A stretch of DNA of 64,000 nucleotides from Chthoniobacteraceae bacterium (GTDB lineage: Bacteria > Verrucomicrobiota > Verrucomicrobiia > Chthoniobacterales > Chthoniobacteraceae): the NCBI GenBank assembly GCA_031409335.1, contig JANNWY010000196.1:32001-96000 (forward strand), written 5' to 3'. The notes beneath the pieces are model-generated. The model saw only the letters and a program-made list of their open reading frames with translations, searched no databases and had not been told where the DNA came from. Of this stretch, positions 39,550-50,142 are shown piece after piece. Made by a program: the position numbers and the translations under genes. Each line of letters opens with the position of its first letter. Position 1 is the stretch's first letter.

Positions 39550-41931
39550 CTACGGCGCGTCCGCCGCGCCCATCATCTTCGACAGATCGTTTTTGTACTC
39601 CGGTTTTCCCTCCGCGGCTGCGGTTAGCAGCGCGCGCGCTTCCTCGGTTTTCCCGGTCAAAACCCCAAACGCGCCCACCCACCATTGGCGATCGGATTTA
39701 TCGACCGCGCCGGGATTTCCCTGAATGAAATGGCGCCCCATATTCCACATCGTATCGGGGGAACATTCCGTCCATGAAAGTGGTGCCGCGCCATACGGCG
39801 TGCGGATTTCCAGCCCCGCATCGTTGGCCCGCGTCGCGACTCCCGCGACGACGCCGCCGGTCTTTTTCCGAATCGGCTGCGGATACGTCGCGGCGTTGAT
39901 ATCGGCGATGAGCTGGTTCTTGAATTTTGCCAGCGCATCCGCCCGTTTCAGCTCGGCCTGCTGTGTGCTCTTTGCTTGTTCTCCGCTCACAAAAGTAGCG
40001 TTCGCGACGGCGCGCGCCTCGTTGAATTTCAACTGCGCCAGCAGCCCCGTCATCTGCGTCCGCAGCGCCTCGATCGCCTTCGTATCGGCGGCCTCCTGCT
40101 TCGCCATCTTTTCCGAGTCCTCCTTTTCCGCGGTCAAAATTCCGTCCTCGATCGTCTGAATCGTCTCATCGAGACTCGCCGCGAGCTTTCCCTTCACCGA
40201 AATCTTTTCGCGCGCCTCCCGCGCCATCGCCACCGCCGCCCGTTTTTCCTCGACCGTATTCGCCGCGCGCAGTTTCGCTGAAACCTCGCGGTACTCCGCG
40301 AACGCTTCGATGTATTGCGTCGCGAATTCCTTGTAGTCCCCGATCCACTGATAGGGCGCGGCGGGCGCGCTCGAGTGGAACTGCCGGAACAGCGGCCCGG
40401 CTTCGTCGAATTTGCCCATCTGCCAGTCTTTCAAGGCAAACAAAAGCAGCGCGATCGACTGGTGATTCGACTTGTCGTAATTGCGCGCGATCGAAGCCTG
40501 AATCGTGAACGCTCCCGCCAACTGGTGCGCTGTATCCACGAAGAACGACGACATTTTTTCCTCCGCCGGATCCTGCGAATACGCACCGCGCTCCTCGAGT
40601 TTCGCGAAAATTTCGCGCGCTTGCGGCTCCTTCCCGATGAGCAAGCGGGAGAGCCCGCGATGCAGCGTGATCCAGTTCAGCAGCGGTTGCGGCACATTGG
40701 GCCGCGCCTCGAGTTCATCCAGCGCCACACCCGCCCGGTCGAACTTCCCCGCGATCAGCAATTCCCGGGCAGCCTTGAAATCCGGTTCGATGTTCGCATT
40801 CGCGATCCGCGCCGCCTCGATTCGCGGGTCCAGCTTCGAATCCGCTTTTCTAAAAGCGTCGCGCTTCGAGTAAAGATACACCCCGCCCGCGACGATCGCG
40901 CCGACCATCCCGAAAGTCATCCAGGTCATCGCCTTCGCGCTGCCCTCGTCCTCCAAAACCACGCGCGCCTTCACCGTCGGGCCGCGCTCCGCGGCAGCGA
41001 GCAATTGATTCCGCGCGTACTCCAAATGCTCGATGAATTCTCCGTAGCTTTGGTAACGATTTGCCGGCTCCTTTTCGAGCGCCTTGTTGATGACATACGC
41101 GGTCGCCCCCGACACATCCGGCGCGAACGCCTGGAGGCTCACCGCCTGACTTTTAATGTGCTTCAGCGCCACCATCGATGCCGTCTCCGCCTCGAAGGGC
41201 GGCCGACCGGCGAGCGCGTGAAAAAGCGTGCCGCCGAGCGAATAGAGATCGCTGCGGAAATCCTCCGGCTTGTTGTCGAGCTTCTCCGGCGCGACGTAAT
41301 ACGGCGTCCCCCACACCTCGCCCGCGACCGACGACGCCTGCTCCTGCAGCACCGCCAGCCCGAAGTCCACGATCTTCGCCGTGTGCGCATCCGCGAAGAG
41401 AATGTTCCCCGGTTTCACGTCGCGATGAATCAGCCCGCGTTGCAGCGCCGCGTTCAGCCCCTTCGCCGTCTGAATGCCGACCTCCAGCACCTGCGCCTCC
41501 GCCACGCGCCCCTGCAGATTCATCAAGTCATCGAGCGATCCCTTGTCCACGAGTTCCATCGCGATGTACACCAGCCCGTGGTCCTGCCCGGCCGAATACA
41601 CGCGCACCACATTGGGATGGTTGATCGACGCCGTGATCGCGGCCTCCTTTTCAAACTGCTTCACGAACTCCTGGTCGGCGCTGTATTCCTTGCGCAGCAG
41701 CTTCAGCGCGACGGGCCGGTTCAAGCTCGTGTCGAGCGCCCGATAGACCGCGCCCATGCCACCCGCGCCCAGCACTTCCTGCAATTCAAAGTGATCGAAC
41801 AACCGCCGCACACGCTGCGCCGCGCCGCACGCCGGGCAATGGACCAGCGCGAATGGCTCCTCGTCGGAAATGTCGATCAACGTCCCGCAGGCCGTGCAGG
41901 TTTGGATAACGGGGTCACTCGCGTCTGACAT
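39550..41931 (-). CDS. Hanks-type Ser/Thr protein kinase with N-terminal zinc ribbon, TM helix and large C-terminal domain
   Basis: CTAC...CPAC, LGAGGMGAVY, VALK, HRDVKPGNIL, DFGLA, GTPYYVAPE, SDLYSLG. Confidence 0.95.
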   Translation of the reverse strand: MSDASDPVIQTCTACGTLIDISDEEPFALVHCPACGAAQRVRRLFDHFELQEVLGAGGMGAVYRALDTSLNRPVALKLLRKEYSADQEFVKQFEKEAAITASINHPNVVRVYSAGQDHGLVYIAMELVDKGSLDDLMNLQGRVAEAQVLEVGIQTAKGLNAALQRGLIHRDVKPGNILFADAHTAKIVDFGLAVLQEQASSVAGEVWGTPYYVAPEKLDNKPEDFRSDLYSLGGTLFHALAGRPPFEAETASMVALKHIKSQAVSLQAFAPDVSGATAYVINKALEKEPANRYQSYGEFIEHLEYARNQLLAAAERGPTVKARVVLEDEGSAKAMTWMTFGMVGAIVAGGVYLYSKRDAFRKADSKLDPRIEAARIANANIEPDFKAARELLIAGKFDRAGVALDELEARPNVPQPLLNWITLHRGLSRLLIGKEPQAREIFAKLEERGAYSQDPAEEKMSSFFVDTAHQLAGAFTIQASIARNYDKSNHQSIALLLFALKDWQMGKFDEAGPLFRQFHSSAPAAPYQWIGDYKEFATQYIEAFAEYREVSAKLRAANTVEEKRAAVAMAREAREKISVKGKLAASLDETIQTIEDGILTAEKEDSEKMAKQEAADTKAIEALRTQMTGLLAQLKFNEARAVANATFVSGEQAKSTQQAELKRADALAKFKNQLIADINAATYPQPIRKKTGGVVAGVATRANDAGLEIRTPYGAAPLSWTECSPDTMWNMGRHFIQGNPGAVDKSDRQWWVGAFGVLTGKTEEARALLTAAAEGKPEYKNDLSKMMGAADAP

Positions 41932-42027
41932 GGATGTAGGACGCTATCACCCAGTTTTCGCGACGGCAAGGCGCGTGGCCCGCGATGTTGTCGCCGATGG
42001 TGGTTCATGTATCGTCCCGCAATTCCT

Positions 42028-43005
42028 ATGGCCCGCTACGAAACTTACCGCACGAACGCCGCCGAAGTACCGATCATGCGCAAGTGGATCTTCCGCGCGC
42101 TCGTGGTGTCGCTCACGATTCATGGTGGTCTGTTGTTTTTCTTTCAAACCAAGCAACTCGATAACTTTGGGATGCAAGCCACGGATATGCTCGTCCCTTC
42201 CCGCTTTGTGATGAAGAAAGTGACGATCGATCCGAAGACGCTGCAGGACCCGGAGGAAGTGAAAACCACGCTGAAGGACAAGCCAAAGGCCGTGCAGAAA
42301 ATCCTCGTGCCAGTCGAAAAAATTCAGCCGAGCGAAATCTCGGTCAAGCCGCAGAACCCCGAGATCGTTTCGCCGATCCTCAACGACAAGCCAATCATGA
42401 CGGCGGTGAACACCGACCTCATCGCCAGGATCGAGGCGACCAGCGCGGGGGCGCTGGACAAGGAACTCGGCTCGATCGCCAATTCGCTGCTCAAAGACAG
42501 TGTGAAAGCGCCGCGGCAGCCTGTGGTTTTCACGCTGCCGACCGGGGCGAAAGACGCGACTGGCGGCGTGGGCGAAAACGAGGGAATCCCCGGACTGCGC
42601 TCGCTCGACGATGCGCTCGGAGCGACCGGCCCGCTGGCGACCGGCGACCGGCTCGGCGTGCGCGGTGGTGCGCTTTTTGAATACGACAAGGCGGAGCTGT
42701 TGCAGCAGGCGATCGACGATTTGCAGAAGCTCGGCGAACTCATTCAGCGCAATCCGCGCGCGACTTTCACCATCGAAGGCCACACGGATTCCTTCGGCGA
42801 TCCGGCTTACAACGAGCTACTCAGCCAGCGCCGCGCGGACGCGGTGAAAGCGTGGCTCGTGACGAATATGACGATCGTGGCGGAGCGAATTCAGACGAAG
42901 GGATATGGCAGCACGAAGCTCATCGTTTCCCGCGATCACAACATCGAGGAGCAGGCTCCCAATCGGCGCGTCGAGATCGTCATCAAAACGAATCGCGAGA
43001 AGTAG
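42028..43005 (+). CDS. OmpA/MotB-like peptidoglycan-binding protein with N-terminal TM anchor
   Basis: TM helix, Pro/Lys-rich linker, LFEYDKAEL, IEGHTDSFG, LSQRRADAV, NRRVEI. Alternative start at 42007. Confidence 0.9.
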   Translation: MARYETYRTNAAEVPIMRKWIFRALVVSLTIHGGLLFFFQTKQLDNFGMQATDMLVPSRFVMKKVTIDPKTLQDPEEVKTTLKDKPKAVQKILVPVEKIQPSEISVKPQNPEIVSPILNDKPIMTAVNTDLIARIEATSAGALDKELGSIANSLLKDSVKAPRQPVVFTLPTGAKDATGGVGENEGIPGLRSLDDALGATGPLATGDRLGVRGGALFEYDKAELLQQAIDDLQKLGELIQRNPRATFTIEGHTDSFGDPAYNELLSQRRADAVKAWLVTNMTIVAERIQTKGYGSTKLIVSRDHNIEEQAPNRRVEIVIKTNREK

Positions 43006-44254
43006 GCGCTGCGCCGAGCACGAGCACCGCGTTGATCCCGCCGAAGCCAAACGCGTTGTTCATCGCGTGGCGCAGCGGCCGTTCGCGACCGTGGTTTGCG
43101 ACGATGTCGAGCGGGCACGCGGGGTCCGGCGCGCTGTGGTGCAGCGTCGGCGGGAGGTAGCCGCGGTCGAGCGCGAGCGCGCAGAGGATGGTTTCCATCG
43201 CGCCAGTCGCGCCGAGCGGGTGCGCGGTGAACGGTTTGGTGCCGCTGACGGCGAGACGATCGGCGTGTTCCCCGAAGACGGCGCGGATCGCGGCGCATTC
43301 GTTGGCGTCGTTGAGCTGCGTGCCGCTGGCGTGCGCGTTGATGTAGTCGATGTCCGTGGGCGCGAGGCAGGCGTCGGCGAGCGCGGCTTTCATGCAATCC
43401 ATCACCGCCTCGCCGCTCGGGAGCGGCGTCGTCATGTGATAAGCCTCGTTGTTCAGGCTGTAGCCGAGCACCTCCGCGTAGATGCGCGCGCCGCGGCGGA
43501 CGGCGTGTTCGTATTCCTCGACCACGAGCGACGCCGCGCCTTCGCCCATCACGAATCCATCGCGATTCAGATCGAACGGCTTGCAGGCAAACGGCGGGTC
43601 GCCGGCCCAGCGGCTCATCGTGCGGATGAAATCGAACGCGCCAAAAGTAAGCGGGCTGAGCGGCGCTTCGGAGCCGCCCGCGATCATCACGTCGGCCATG
43701 CCATCGCGGATGTAGCGCATCGCTTCGCCGACGGAAACGACGCCGCTCGCGCACGAATTCGAGTTCGTCGTCCCAGGACCGCGGAAGCCGTATTCGATCG
43801 CGATGTTCGAATGCGCGCTGCCGCCGAAGACTTGCAGCGCCAGCGTCTGGTTCACCCCGCGCTGCCCTTTTTTCAGGAAACGCTGGTGCTCCGATTCCGC
43901 GCCCGCGATGCCGCCGAGCGCGGTGCCGAAGCTGACGCCGACGCGCGCGTTCGGCTCCTCTTTCGACCACGGCAGCCCCGCGTCTTGGAGTGCGAGCAAC
44001 GCGCTGGCGACGCTGAATTGCGCGTAACGATCGAGCCGCTTCAAGCGATGCGGCGGAAAAAAAACGGTCGGGTCCCAATCGCGGATTTCGCCGCCGCAGT
44101 GCGCCTTCAGTTCGCTGGTATCGAAGCTCGTGATCCGCGAAATGCCGCTGCGCCCTGCGACGATGCTTTTCCAAAATGCCTCCACGCCGATGCCAGCGCA
44201 GGTGATCGGCCCGACGCCGGTGATGACGACCCGCCGCAAGTTTTCATTGCCCAT
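42983..44254 (-). CDS. Beta-ketoacyl-ACP synthase (FabF / type II KS-alpha-like)
   Basis: RRVVITG, catalytic SCASG, DGFVMGEGA, YINAHASGT, HPLGATG, FGFGG. Confidence 0.92.
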   Translation of the reverse strand: MGNENLRRVVITGVGPITCAGIGVEAFWKSIVAGRSGISRITSFDTSELKAHCGGEIRDWDPTVFFPPHRLKRLDRYAQFSVASALLALQDAGLPWSKEEPNARVGVSFGTALGGIAGAESEHQRFLKKGQRGVNQTLALQVFGGSAHSNIAIEYGFRGPGTTNSNSCASGVVSVGEAMRYIRDGMADVMIAGGSEAPLSPLTFGAFDFIRTMSRWAGDPPFACKPFDLNRDGFVMGEGAASLVVEEYEHAVRRGARIYAEVLGYSLNNEAYHMTTPLPSGEAVMDCMKAALADACLAPTDIDYINAHASGTQLNDANECAAIRAVFGEHADRLAVSGTKPFTAHPLGATGAMETILCALALDRGYLPPTLHHSAPDPACPLDIVANHGRERPLRHAMNNAFGFGGINAVLVLGAAPTSRDSF

Positions 44255-44684
44255 TTTCAAAATGCTCCTTGAAGCGCGCGAGCGTGCGTCCCGCGATGTG
44301 GCCGACAAAGAACTCGCCAATGATGGGCTCGGCCAGCCACGCGAGCGCGCGGACGCGAAATTTCAAATCGTGGACGATCTCCACCCGCGTGCCATCGCGC
44401 GTTGGCGTCAGCGTCCAGATGACTTTCATGCCCTTCGTCCATTTCCTCAGATGCGCGAAATGCAGTTCCAGTTGCTGTTCATCAGTCCAGTATTCGGATG
44501 TCCACGAAATCGGGATGCCAGTGCGTGTCGCGGCCATCTCGACGATGCGATGCTCGCTGGCCTGTCCCGTGAATCGCACCCAGCGATAGTGCGGCAAAAG
44601 TTCCGGCCACTTCGCCAGATCGCGCACGGTCTCGAAGATTCTTTCGCGTGGCGCCTGGATGAAGATCGATTGGCCGGTGTGCAT
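44244..44684 (-). CDS. SRPBCC / polyketide cyclase-like protein
   Basis: SIFIQAPRERIFETVRDLAKWPELLPHY, ISWTS, GMKVIWTL, GTRVEIVH. Overlaps the KS start by 11 nt. Confidence 0.85.
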   Translation of the reverse strand: MHTGQSIFIQAPRERIFETVRDLAKWPELLPHYRWVRFTGQASEHRIVEMAATRTGIPISWTSEYWTDEQQLELHFAHLRKWTKGMKVIWTLTPTRDGTRVEIVHDLKFRVRALAWLAEPIIGEFFVGHIAGRTLARFKEHFENGQ

Positions 44685-44750
44685 TGGGGCGCGAATGTCG
44701 AAGCGGACATTCGCGGTGTCGATTTACTTTTCGCGAAAGTGCGGCGCGCC

Positions 44751-45743
44751 TCAGCCAGGGCGCGTCGTGAGCTTCAGCCGGTAGTAGCGCGGCGCGGCGG
44801 TGAGCGGCACGGTCGCGGTGTGTTTTCCCGCGGCATCCACGATGGTGAGCGCGGCGGGCAGCCAGTTGACGAGATCGGTGCTGACTTCGATGAAACCCAT
44901 GTTTGCAGGGACGGCGGCAGGCCAGGAGAGTGTGAGTGTATTCCCGTTCCGGATCGCGGTGAGTTTGAAGACTTCGACGTAGATCGCTTCGACCCATTCC
45001 GGGCGATCGACGAACGGATTGCGATTTCGCTGATAGCCGAATGCACCCTCGGCGCGCGCGCGTTCGGCGGGGCTCACGGGATCGAGGAAATGCCAGATCA
45101 GCAGTGTGGAGAGGCAGCCCATGTTGGCGTTGCCGGTCGAAATCGTGGCGACGTTTTCCGTCAGCGTGAGGTTCGGTTCGCCGCCGCCTTCGTAGCGGAT
45201 GTCCATGTAAAACATGGAGCGCGCGAGGTCGCCCTTCACTTCATCCGGCGGCTCCCACGAATCGGAATCCTGGCTGCAAAGCGGTGAAGTCGAGCCACTC
45301 GGGATTTCGTAGCCCGCGGCTCCGACGGTGCTTTCGTCGTAGTAAAGATTGTCGCGATCGGAGTTCGAGATGGAGCCGCAGGCGCGGAGATTGAAGAGGT
45401 CGGAGTAGGCGGAAAGGGCGTCGTCGATGCCGAGGGAATTGGGCCAGCAATGTTCGCGGTTCCAGCCGCCATTGTTGCCGTTCACGAAGAAGCTCTTCGG
45501 CGATGATGCCCGTTCGTAGAGGAGGATCAGGTTCGCGGAATTCACCGGGTCTTGATCGATCACTTCGAGCGGCGTCCGCGTCGCGGTGTAGCCGATGACG
45601 GTGTGGCCTTTGATGATGCCGTGAAGCGCTGCCCGCAGCGCCGCTCCGGTGAGGCCGGATGCGGGATTGTAGTATCCCGGCGGCTCGGCAGCACCCGCCA
45701 GGCGGAGGCCGAGTCCGAGGAACAGACAAAGGATTTTCTTCAT
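44751..45743 (-). CDS. Secreted endonuclease I family nuclease (Bsn/EndA-like)
   Basis: Signal peptide, WNREHCWPNS, SDLFNL, WEPPDEVKGDLARSMFYMDIRY, QRNRNPFVDRPEW. Confidence 0.9.
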   Translation of the reverse strand: MKKILCLFLGLGLRLAGAAEPPGYYNPASGLTGAALRAALHGIIKGHTVIGYTATRTPLEVIDQDPVNSANLILLYERASSPKSFFVNGNNGGWNREHCWPNSLGIDDALSAYSDLFNLRACGSISNSDRDNLYYDESTVGAAGYEIPSGSTSPLCSQDSDSWEPPDEVKGDLARSMFYMDIRYEGGGEPNLTLTENVATISTGNANMGCLSTLLIWHFLDPVSPAERARAEGAFGYQRNRNPFVDRPEWVEAIYVEVFKLTAIRNGNTLTLSWPAAVPANMGFIEVSTDLVNWLPAALTIVDAAGKHTATVPLTAAPRYYRLKLTTRPG

Positions 45744-45785
45744 GAAAAAGGGGGGCTGACGGTGCGTCGCCAGTCCGCGCGCCCG

Positions 45786-47147
45786 TTACATGTGCGCGAT
45801 GATGTTGTCGCCGAACTCGGAGCACTTGATCTCCGTCGCGCCTTCCATCTGGCGGGCAAAATCGTACGTCACGCGCTTGCTGCCGATCGCGCCGTTCAAA
45901 CCTTTGAGGATCAGGTCCGCGGCCTCAATCCAGCCGACGTAACGCAGCATCATCTCGCCGCTGAGCACGACGCTGCCGGGGTTCACGACATCCTTCCCGG
46001 CATACTTCGGAGCGGTGCCGTGGGTGGCCTCGAAAATTGCGTGGCCGGTGACGTAGTTGATGTTGCCGCCGGGCGCGATGCCGATGCCGCCGACTTGCGC
46101 GGCGAGCGCGTCGGAGAGGTAGTCGCCGTTGAGATTCAGCGTCGCGATGACCTCGAAATCGGTCGGGCGCGTGAGCACTTGCTGGAGCACGATGTCGGCG
46201 ATCGCGTCCTTGATCAGCACGCGGCCCGCGGCGAGCGCCGCCTTCTGTTCCTCGTTCGCAGCGGCTTCGCCTTTGTCCATCTTGGTGCGCTCCCACTGCG
46301 CCCACGTATAGACTTTGTCGCCAAAAATCCGCTCCGCCGCCGAGTAGCTCCAGTCGCGGAACGCGCCTTCGGTGAACTTCATGATGTTGCCCTTGTGGAC
46401 GATCGTCACCGACTTCTTCCCCTGGTCGATCGCGTACTGTACGGCAGCTTTGAAAAGGCGGATCGTGCCGACTTGGGACACGGGCTTGATACCGATGCCG
46501 ACGGTCGGCGGATAGTTTTCCATCGAGTGATCGGGCGATGCGAGCTTCATGTAATCCACGACGGCCTGGCTGGTGCCAAAGCGGATTTTCTTAAAGTCTT
46601 TCGGGAATTCACTCTCGATGAATGCCAGCATCTTCGCGGCTTCCGGCGTGCCCCCGGCGTATTCGATGCCGGCGTAAATGTCCTCGGTGTTCTCGCGAAA
46701 AATCACCATGTCCACCAGCTCGGGACGCTTCACCGGACTTGGGACGCCGGTAAAATATTGCACCGGTCGCAGGCAGACGTAGAGATCGAGCATCTGCCGC
46801 AGCGCGACATTCAGCGAGCGGATGCCGCCACCGACGGGCGTGGTGAGCGGGCCTTTGATGCCGACGAGAAATTCACGGAACGCCTCGACCGTGTCGTCCG
46901 GCAGCCAGTTGTCGAATTTGTTCTTCGACGCCTCACCGGCGAACACTTCCATCCACGCGATCTGCTTCGCGCCGCCGTACGCCTTTTCCACCGCCGCATC
47001 GAGCACGCGCACGCTCGCAGCCCAGATGTCCGGCCCGGTGCCATCGCCGCGGATGAAGGGAACGATCGGGTGATTCGGAACGGATAGCTTGCCGCCAGTG
47101 ATGGTGATTTTTTCGCCAGCCGGGACGGCGCAGGTTTTGTAGGTCAT
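45786..47147 (-). CDS. icd: NADP-dependent isocitrate dehydrogenase (E. coli type)
   Basis: [75 protein letters not shown]. Confidence 0.97.
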   Translation of the reverse strand: MTYKTCAVPAGEKITITGGKLSVPNHPIVPFIRGDGTGPDIWAASVRVLDAAVEKAYGGAKQIAWMEVFAGEASKNKFDNWLPDDTVEAFREFLVGIKGPLTTPVGGGIRSLNVALRQMLDLYVCLRPVQYFTGVPSPVKRPELVDMVIFRENTEDIYAGIEYAGGTPEAAKMLAFIESEFPKDFKKIRFGTSQAVVDYMKLASPDHSMENYPPTVGIGIKPVSQVGTIRLFKAAVQYAIDQGKKSVTIVHKGNIMKFTEGAFRDWSYSAAERIFGDKVYTWAQWERTKMDKGEAAANEEQKAALAAGRVLIKDAIADIVLQQVLTRPTDFEVIATLNLNGDYLSDALAAQVGGIGIAPGGNINYVTGHAIFEATHGTAPKYAGKDVVNPGSVVLSGEMMLRYVGWIEAADLILKGLNGAIGSKRVTYDFARQMEGATEIKCSEFGDNIIAHM

Positions 47148-47308
47148 AGGTGTTTCTCGGAAAAAGACGGGGCAGTAGAGCAGAGTCCCCGCATCTGGTC
47201 TAGCGATGCATCGCGTTGCACGATTGTTATTCGGCGGACAACTCCTACATTCGCACAGCGACCGCGCGGACCGAGTGAGCGCGGCGCTCAAATCAAACGA
47301 CCCAATTC

Positions 47309-47674
47309 ATGAATGACCAATCCAACGAGCGGACTTTGACCTCGATTCCGTTCGACATTTCCAGTGAGCCGGTGCCATCCGATCCCGGCGCGAATCCGTT
47401 CCGGCTCGTCGTCGATCCGGTGATGCGCCAGCGGCTGCGGCGGGCGCTGTTCGACATGATCGAAAGCCACGATGAAGAACTCGCGCGCTACGTGAGCGAC
47501 GGCTCGCTCGCGCTCGAAAGTTACAAGGAATACATCGAACTCTTCGCCCACAGCCTGAAGCAGACGATGGCCGACCGCGAAGGCGTCGCGTTCCTCATGG
47601 ATGCCTGTGGATTCAAGGTGGCGAAGGAAGACATCAACATCGCACCGGAGACGCGCTGGAAGGTGCAACGGTGA
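47309..47674 (+). CDS. Hypothetical protein
   Basis: 121-aa ORF with protein-like composition; its stop overlaps the sufT start. Confidence 0.7.
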   Translation: MNDQSNERTLTSIPFDISSEPVPSDPGANPFRLVVDPVMRQRLRRALFDMIESHDEELARYVSDGSLALESYKEYIELFAHSLKQTMADREGVAFLMDACGFKVAKEDINIAPETRWKVQR

Positions 47675-48213
47675 TGAGCGACGAAGGATTCATCCCGCTG
47701 TGCCGCGAAGTCGAGGCCGTCGAAATACCCAGCGGCAACAAAACCACGCTGCCCGCGGAAACGGCAGTCATCATCACCCAGGCGCTCGGCGGCAGCTTCA
47801 CCGTCCGCGTCGGCGACCGGGCCGGCCTTTTCCGCATCGCGGGAAAAGACGGCGACGCGCTCGGCCAGGCCGTGCTGGAAACTGGCACTGCCGCCGACGG
47901 ACCATTCGATATCGAGAAGGTGTGGGAGCAACTCCGCAACTGCTACGATCCGGAAATCCCCGTGAACATCGTGGACCTCGGTCTCATCTACAGCCTCGAC
48001 GTTTCCGATGAGGAAAAAGGCAAACGCGTGAGCGTGAAAATGACGCTCACCGCGCCCGGCTGCGGCATGGGCCCGTCGCTCGCGGCGGATGCCGAGCAGC
48101 GAATGCTGACGGTCGCGGGAGTCGCCCGCGCAAATGTGGAACTCGTGTGGGATCCGCCGTGGTCGCCCGAGCGGATTTCGCCCGCCGGTCGCGAGCGGCT
48201 CGGCATGGAATGA
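47674..48213 (+). CDS. sufT: Fe-S cluster assembly protein SufT (PaaD/DUF59)
   Basis: ITQALGGSFTV, LFRIAGKDGDALG, CYDPEIPVNIVDLGLIY, MTLTAPGCGMG, VWDPPW. Confidence 0.92.
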   Translation: MSDEGFIPLCREVEAVEIPSGNKTTLPAETAVIITQALGGSFTVRVGDRAGLFRIAGKDGDALGQAVLETGTAADGPFDIEKVWEQLRNCYDPEIPVNIVDLGLIYSLDVSDEEKGKRVSVKMTLTAPGCGMGPSLAADAEQRMLTVAGVARANVELVWDPPWSPERISPAGRERLGME

Positions 48214-49163
48214 TTCGCGTCGTTCGCACCGCATTCGTCCTCGGTGCCGGCCTCGGCACGCGGCTGCGTCCGCTCACGGCCCGCCGCCCGAAGCCGCTCA
48301 TCCCGGTCGTCAATCGCCCGCTCATCAAGCACACCTTCGACCGGTTGCTCGCGGAGAGCATCGAGACGCTCGTGGTGAATACGCACTGGGCCGCGAACGC
48401 TTACGCCACGGCCTTTCCCGACGGATCGTATCGCGGCGTGCCGCTCGCTTTTCGCGAGGAAAAACCCGAAGTGCTCGAGACAGCGGGCGGCATCAAGAAC
48501 GTCGCGGACTTGCTCGGCGACGAGCCGTTCATCGTACACAATGGCGACATCCTCACCGACCTCCCGCTGCGCCGCGCGCTCGGCTACCACGTCGCCAGCG
48601 GGAATGAAGTGACGTTCGTCCTGCGCAGCGGCGACGGCCCGCTCGAAATCGCGTTCGATGCATCCGCGGGCCGCATCACTGACATCGGCCGCCGGGTCGA
48701 TCCCGCGCGCGAGCCGCGTTTCCTTTTCACCGGCATCTATATCGTGCAGCCGGGATTCCTGCGGCGCATCCCGCCGGCCACAAAGCTCAGCGTCATCCCG
48801 ATCTTCTGCGACATGATCCGCACCGGCGCAAAGCTCGGCGGGATCCTCATCGACGAAGGCCACTGGTGGGACCTCGGCACGCGCGAGCAGTATCTCGCGG
48901 TGCATCAATGGATCGCGGAAAGCGGATCGGTGGATGCCGCGGATTGGATCGATGCCACCGCGAAGATTTCCCCGACCGCGGTGATCGCAGGCGCGACCGC
49001 GATCGGTGCGAAAGCGCGCATCGGCGACGGCGCGCAGTTGCGCGATTGCATCGTCTGGGAAAACGCCGAAGTCGCGCCGGGCGCGGTGCTGGAGCGCTGC
49101 ATCGTCACCGACGGCGCGCGCGCGGAAGGCACGCACACCGATCGCGATTTCGCGGCGGACTGA
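48210..49163 (+). CDS. Sugar-phosphate nucleotidyltransferase (MurU-like)
   Basis: LGAGLGTRLRPLT..RPKPLIPV, LETAGGI, HNGDIL, WWDLGT and a C-terminal hexapeptide repeat. Confidence 0.88.
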   Translation: MIRVVRTAFVLGAGLGTRLRPLTARRPKPLIPVVNRPLIKHTFDRLLAESIETLVVNTHWAANAYATAFPDGSYRGVPLAFREEKPEVLETAGGIKNVADLLGDEPFIVHNGDILTDLPLRRALGYHVASGNEVTFVLRSGDGPLEIAFDASAGRITDIGRRVDPAREPRFLFTGIYIVQPGFLRRIPPATKLSVIPIFCDMIRTGAKLGGILIDEGHWWDLGTREQYLAVHQWIAESGSVDAADWIDATAKISPTAVIAGATAIGAKARIGDGAQLRDCIVWENAEVAPGAVLERCIVTDGARAEGTHTDRDFAAD

Positions 49164-49165
49164 GT

Positions 49166-49969
49166 TTACGCGGAGCGGCGGCGCCGCGAAAACATCGCCA
49201 GACTTGAGACCACGAGCAGCATCACGCTGCCCGGTTCTGGAACCGCGACATTTGCATTTCCGGGTGAGATCGTCTCGGTGCCGGTCGTAACGAAGGTCGC
49301 TTGGCCCGGAGTCGGGTCCGCAGTGTAAGGACCGCCGGGGTTTGTGCCCACGACATCGGTGGCCTGCCACTGGTTCGTCGTTCCATCTCGAAAGAGCACG
49401 TCGGAGGTGAAGGTGAAGGTCGGCGAAGGCCCGCCAATATTCAGGAAGCCGAGTTCATCGGCATAGCCGACATTGGCGCCTCCATCATTTTCAAGAAGAC
49501 CAATTCCGTCGATGACGCTCGCCCATGGGAATGCGTCGAGCGTTCCATCGTTGTTCGTATCGAGATCCTGAGCCAGCGCACCCGTAAATCCCGAGACAAG
49601 CAGGTAAGTCTGGGAGCCATTTTCAATGTCGGGTATGAAGTCGGCGACGTTGACGACGGTCGCCGGGTTTGGTGCGGGGTTGATCACCGCAGCGCTGTCG
49701 CGCCAGAGGAAAAGCCCGTTCGTGCCCGTGCTGAATGCGCCAAGGTTTAACACGAAATCAATCGGCCCGGGAGTGGCACCGTCCCCTTCGATGCCGATCA
49801 AAGTGAGTCCGGTCAAACTTTCCGCTCCGCCTGTCGTGCTGTAGATTTCGATGAATTCCTGCCCATTGTCGGGGCCTGGCGGATTGATGAAGATTTCGTT
49901 CAGTTGAATCGCGGCGTGGCTCGTGGTGGCGGCGGCAATGGATGCGAGTGAGAAGATGATGTTTTTCAT
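49166..49969 (-). CDS. PEP-CTERM surface protein with lamin-tail-like domain
   Basis: Signal peptide, IQLNEIFINPPGPDNGQEFIEI, C-terminal VPEPGSVMLLVVSSLAMFSRRRR. Confidence 0.9.
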   Translation of the reverse strand: MKNIIFSLASIAAATTSHAAIQLNEIFINPPGPDNGQEFIEIYSTTGGAESLTGLTLIGIEGDGATPGPIDFVLNLGAFSTGTNGLFLWRDSAAVINPAPNPATVVNVADFIPDIENGSQTYLLVSGFTGALAQDLDTNNDGTLDAFPWASVIDGIGLLENDGGANVGYADELGFLNIGGPSPTFTFTSDVLFRDGTTNQWQATDVVGTNPGGPYTADPTPGQATFVTTGTETISPGNANVAVPEPGSVMLLVVSSLAMFSRRRRSA

Positions 49970-50142
49970 GTGATGGGTTGATGGTGAGTCTGGGAGCGGG
50001 CGTGAATTCAATTGAGCCGTGTGGCGTTTTCTGGACGCTGTTGAAAAGACCGCGCGCCAATCGTGTGACGGTTGGATGACAGCCAATTCCACCGCGACTC
50101 CGCGCTGGTCAGCGGATGTGAAAGGCGGAACACTTGGCGCTG

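Noticed and set aside
42983..44684. Complete type II polyketide cluster
   Set aside because: No chain-length factor, ACP, reductase or tailoring genes; reported only as a two-gene cassette.
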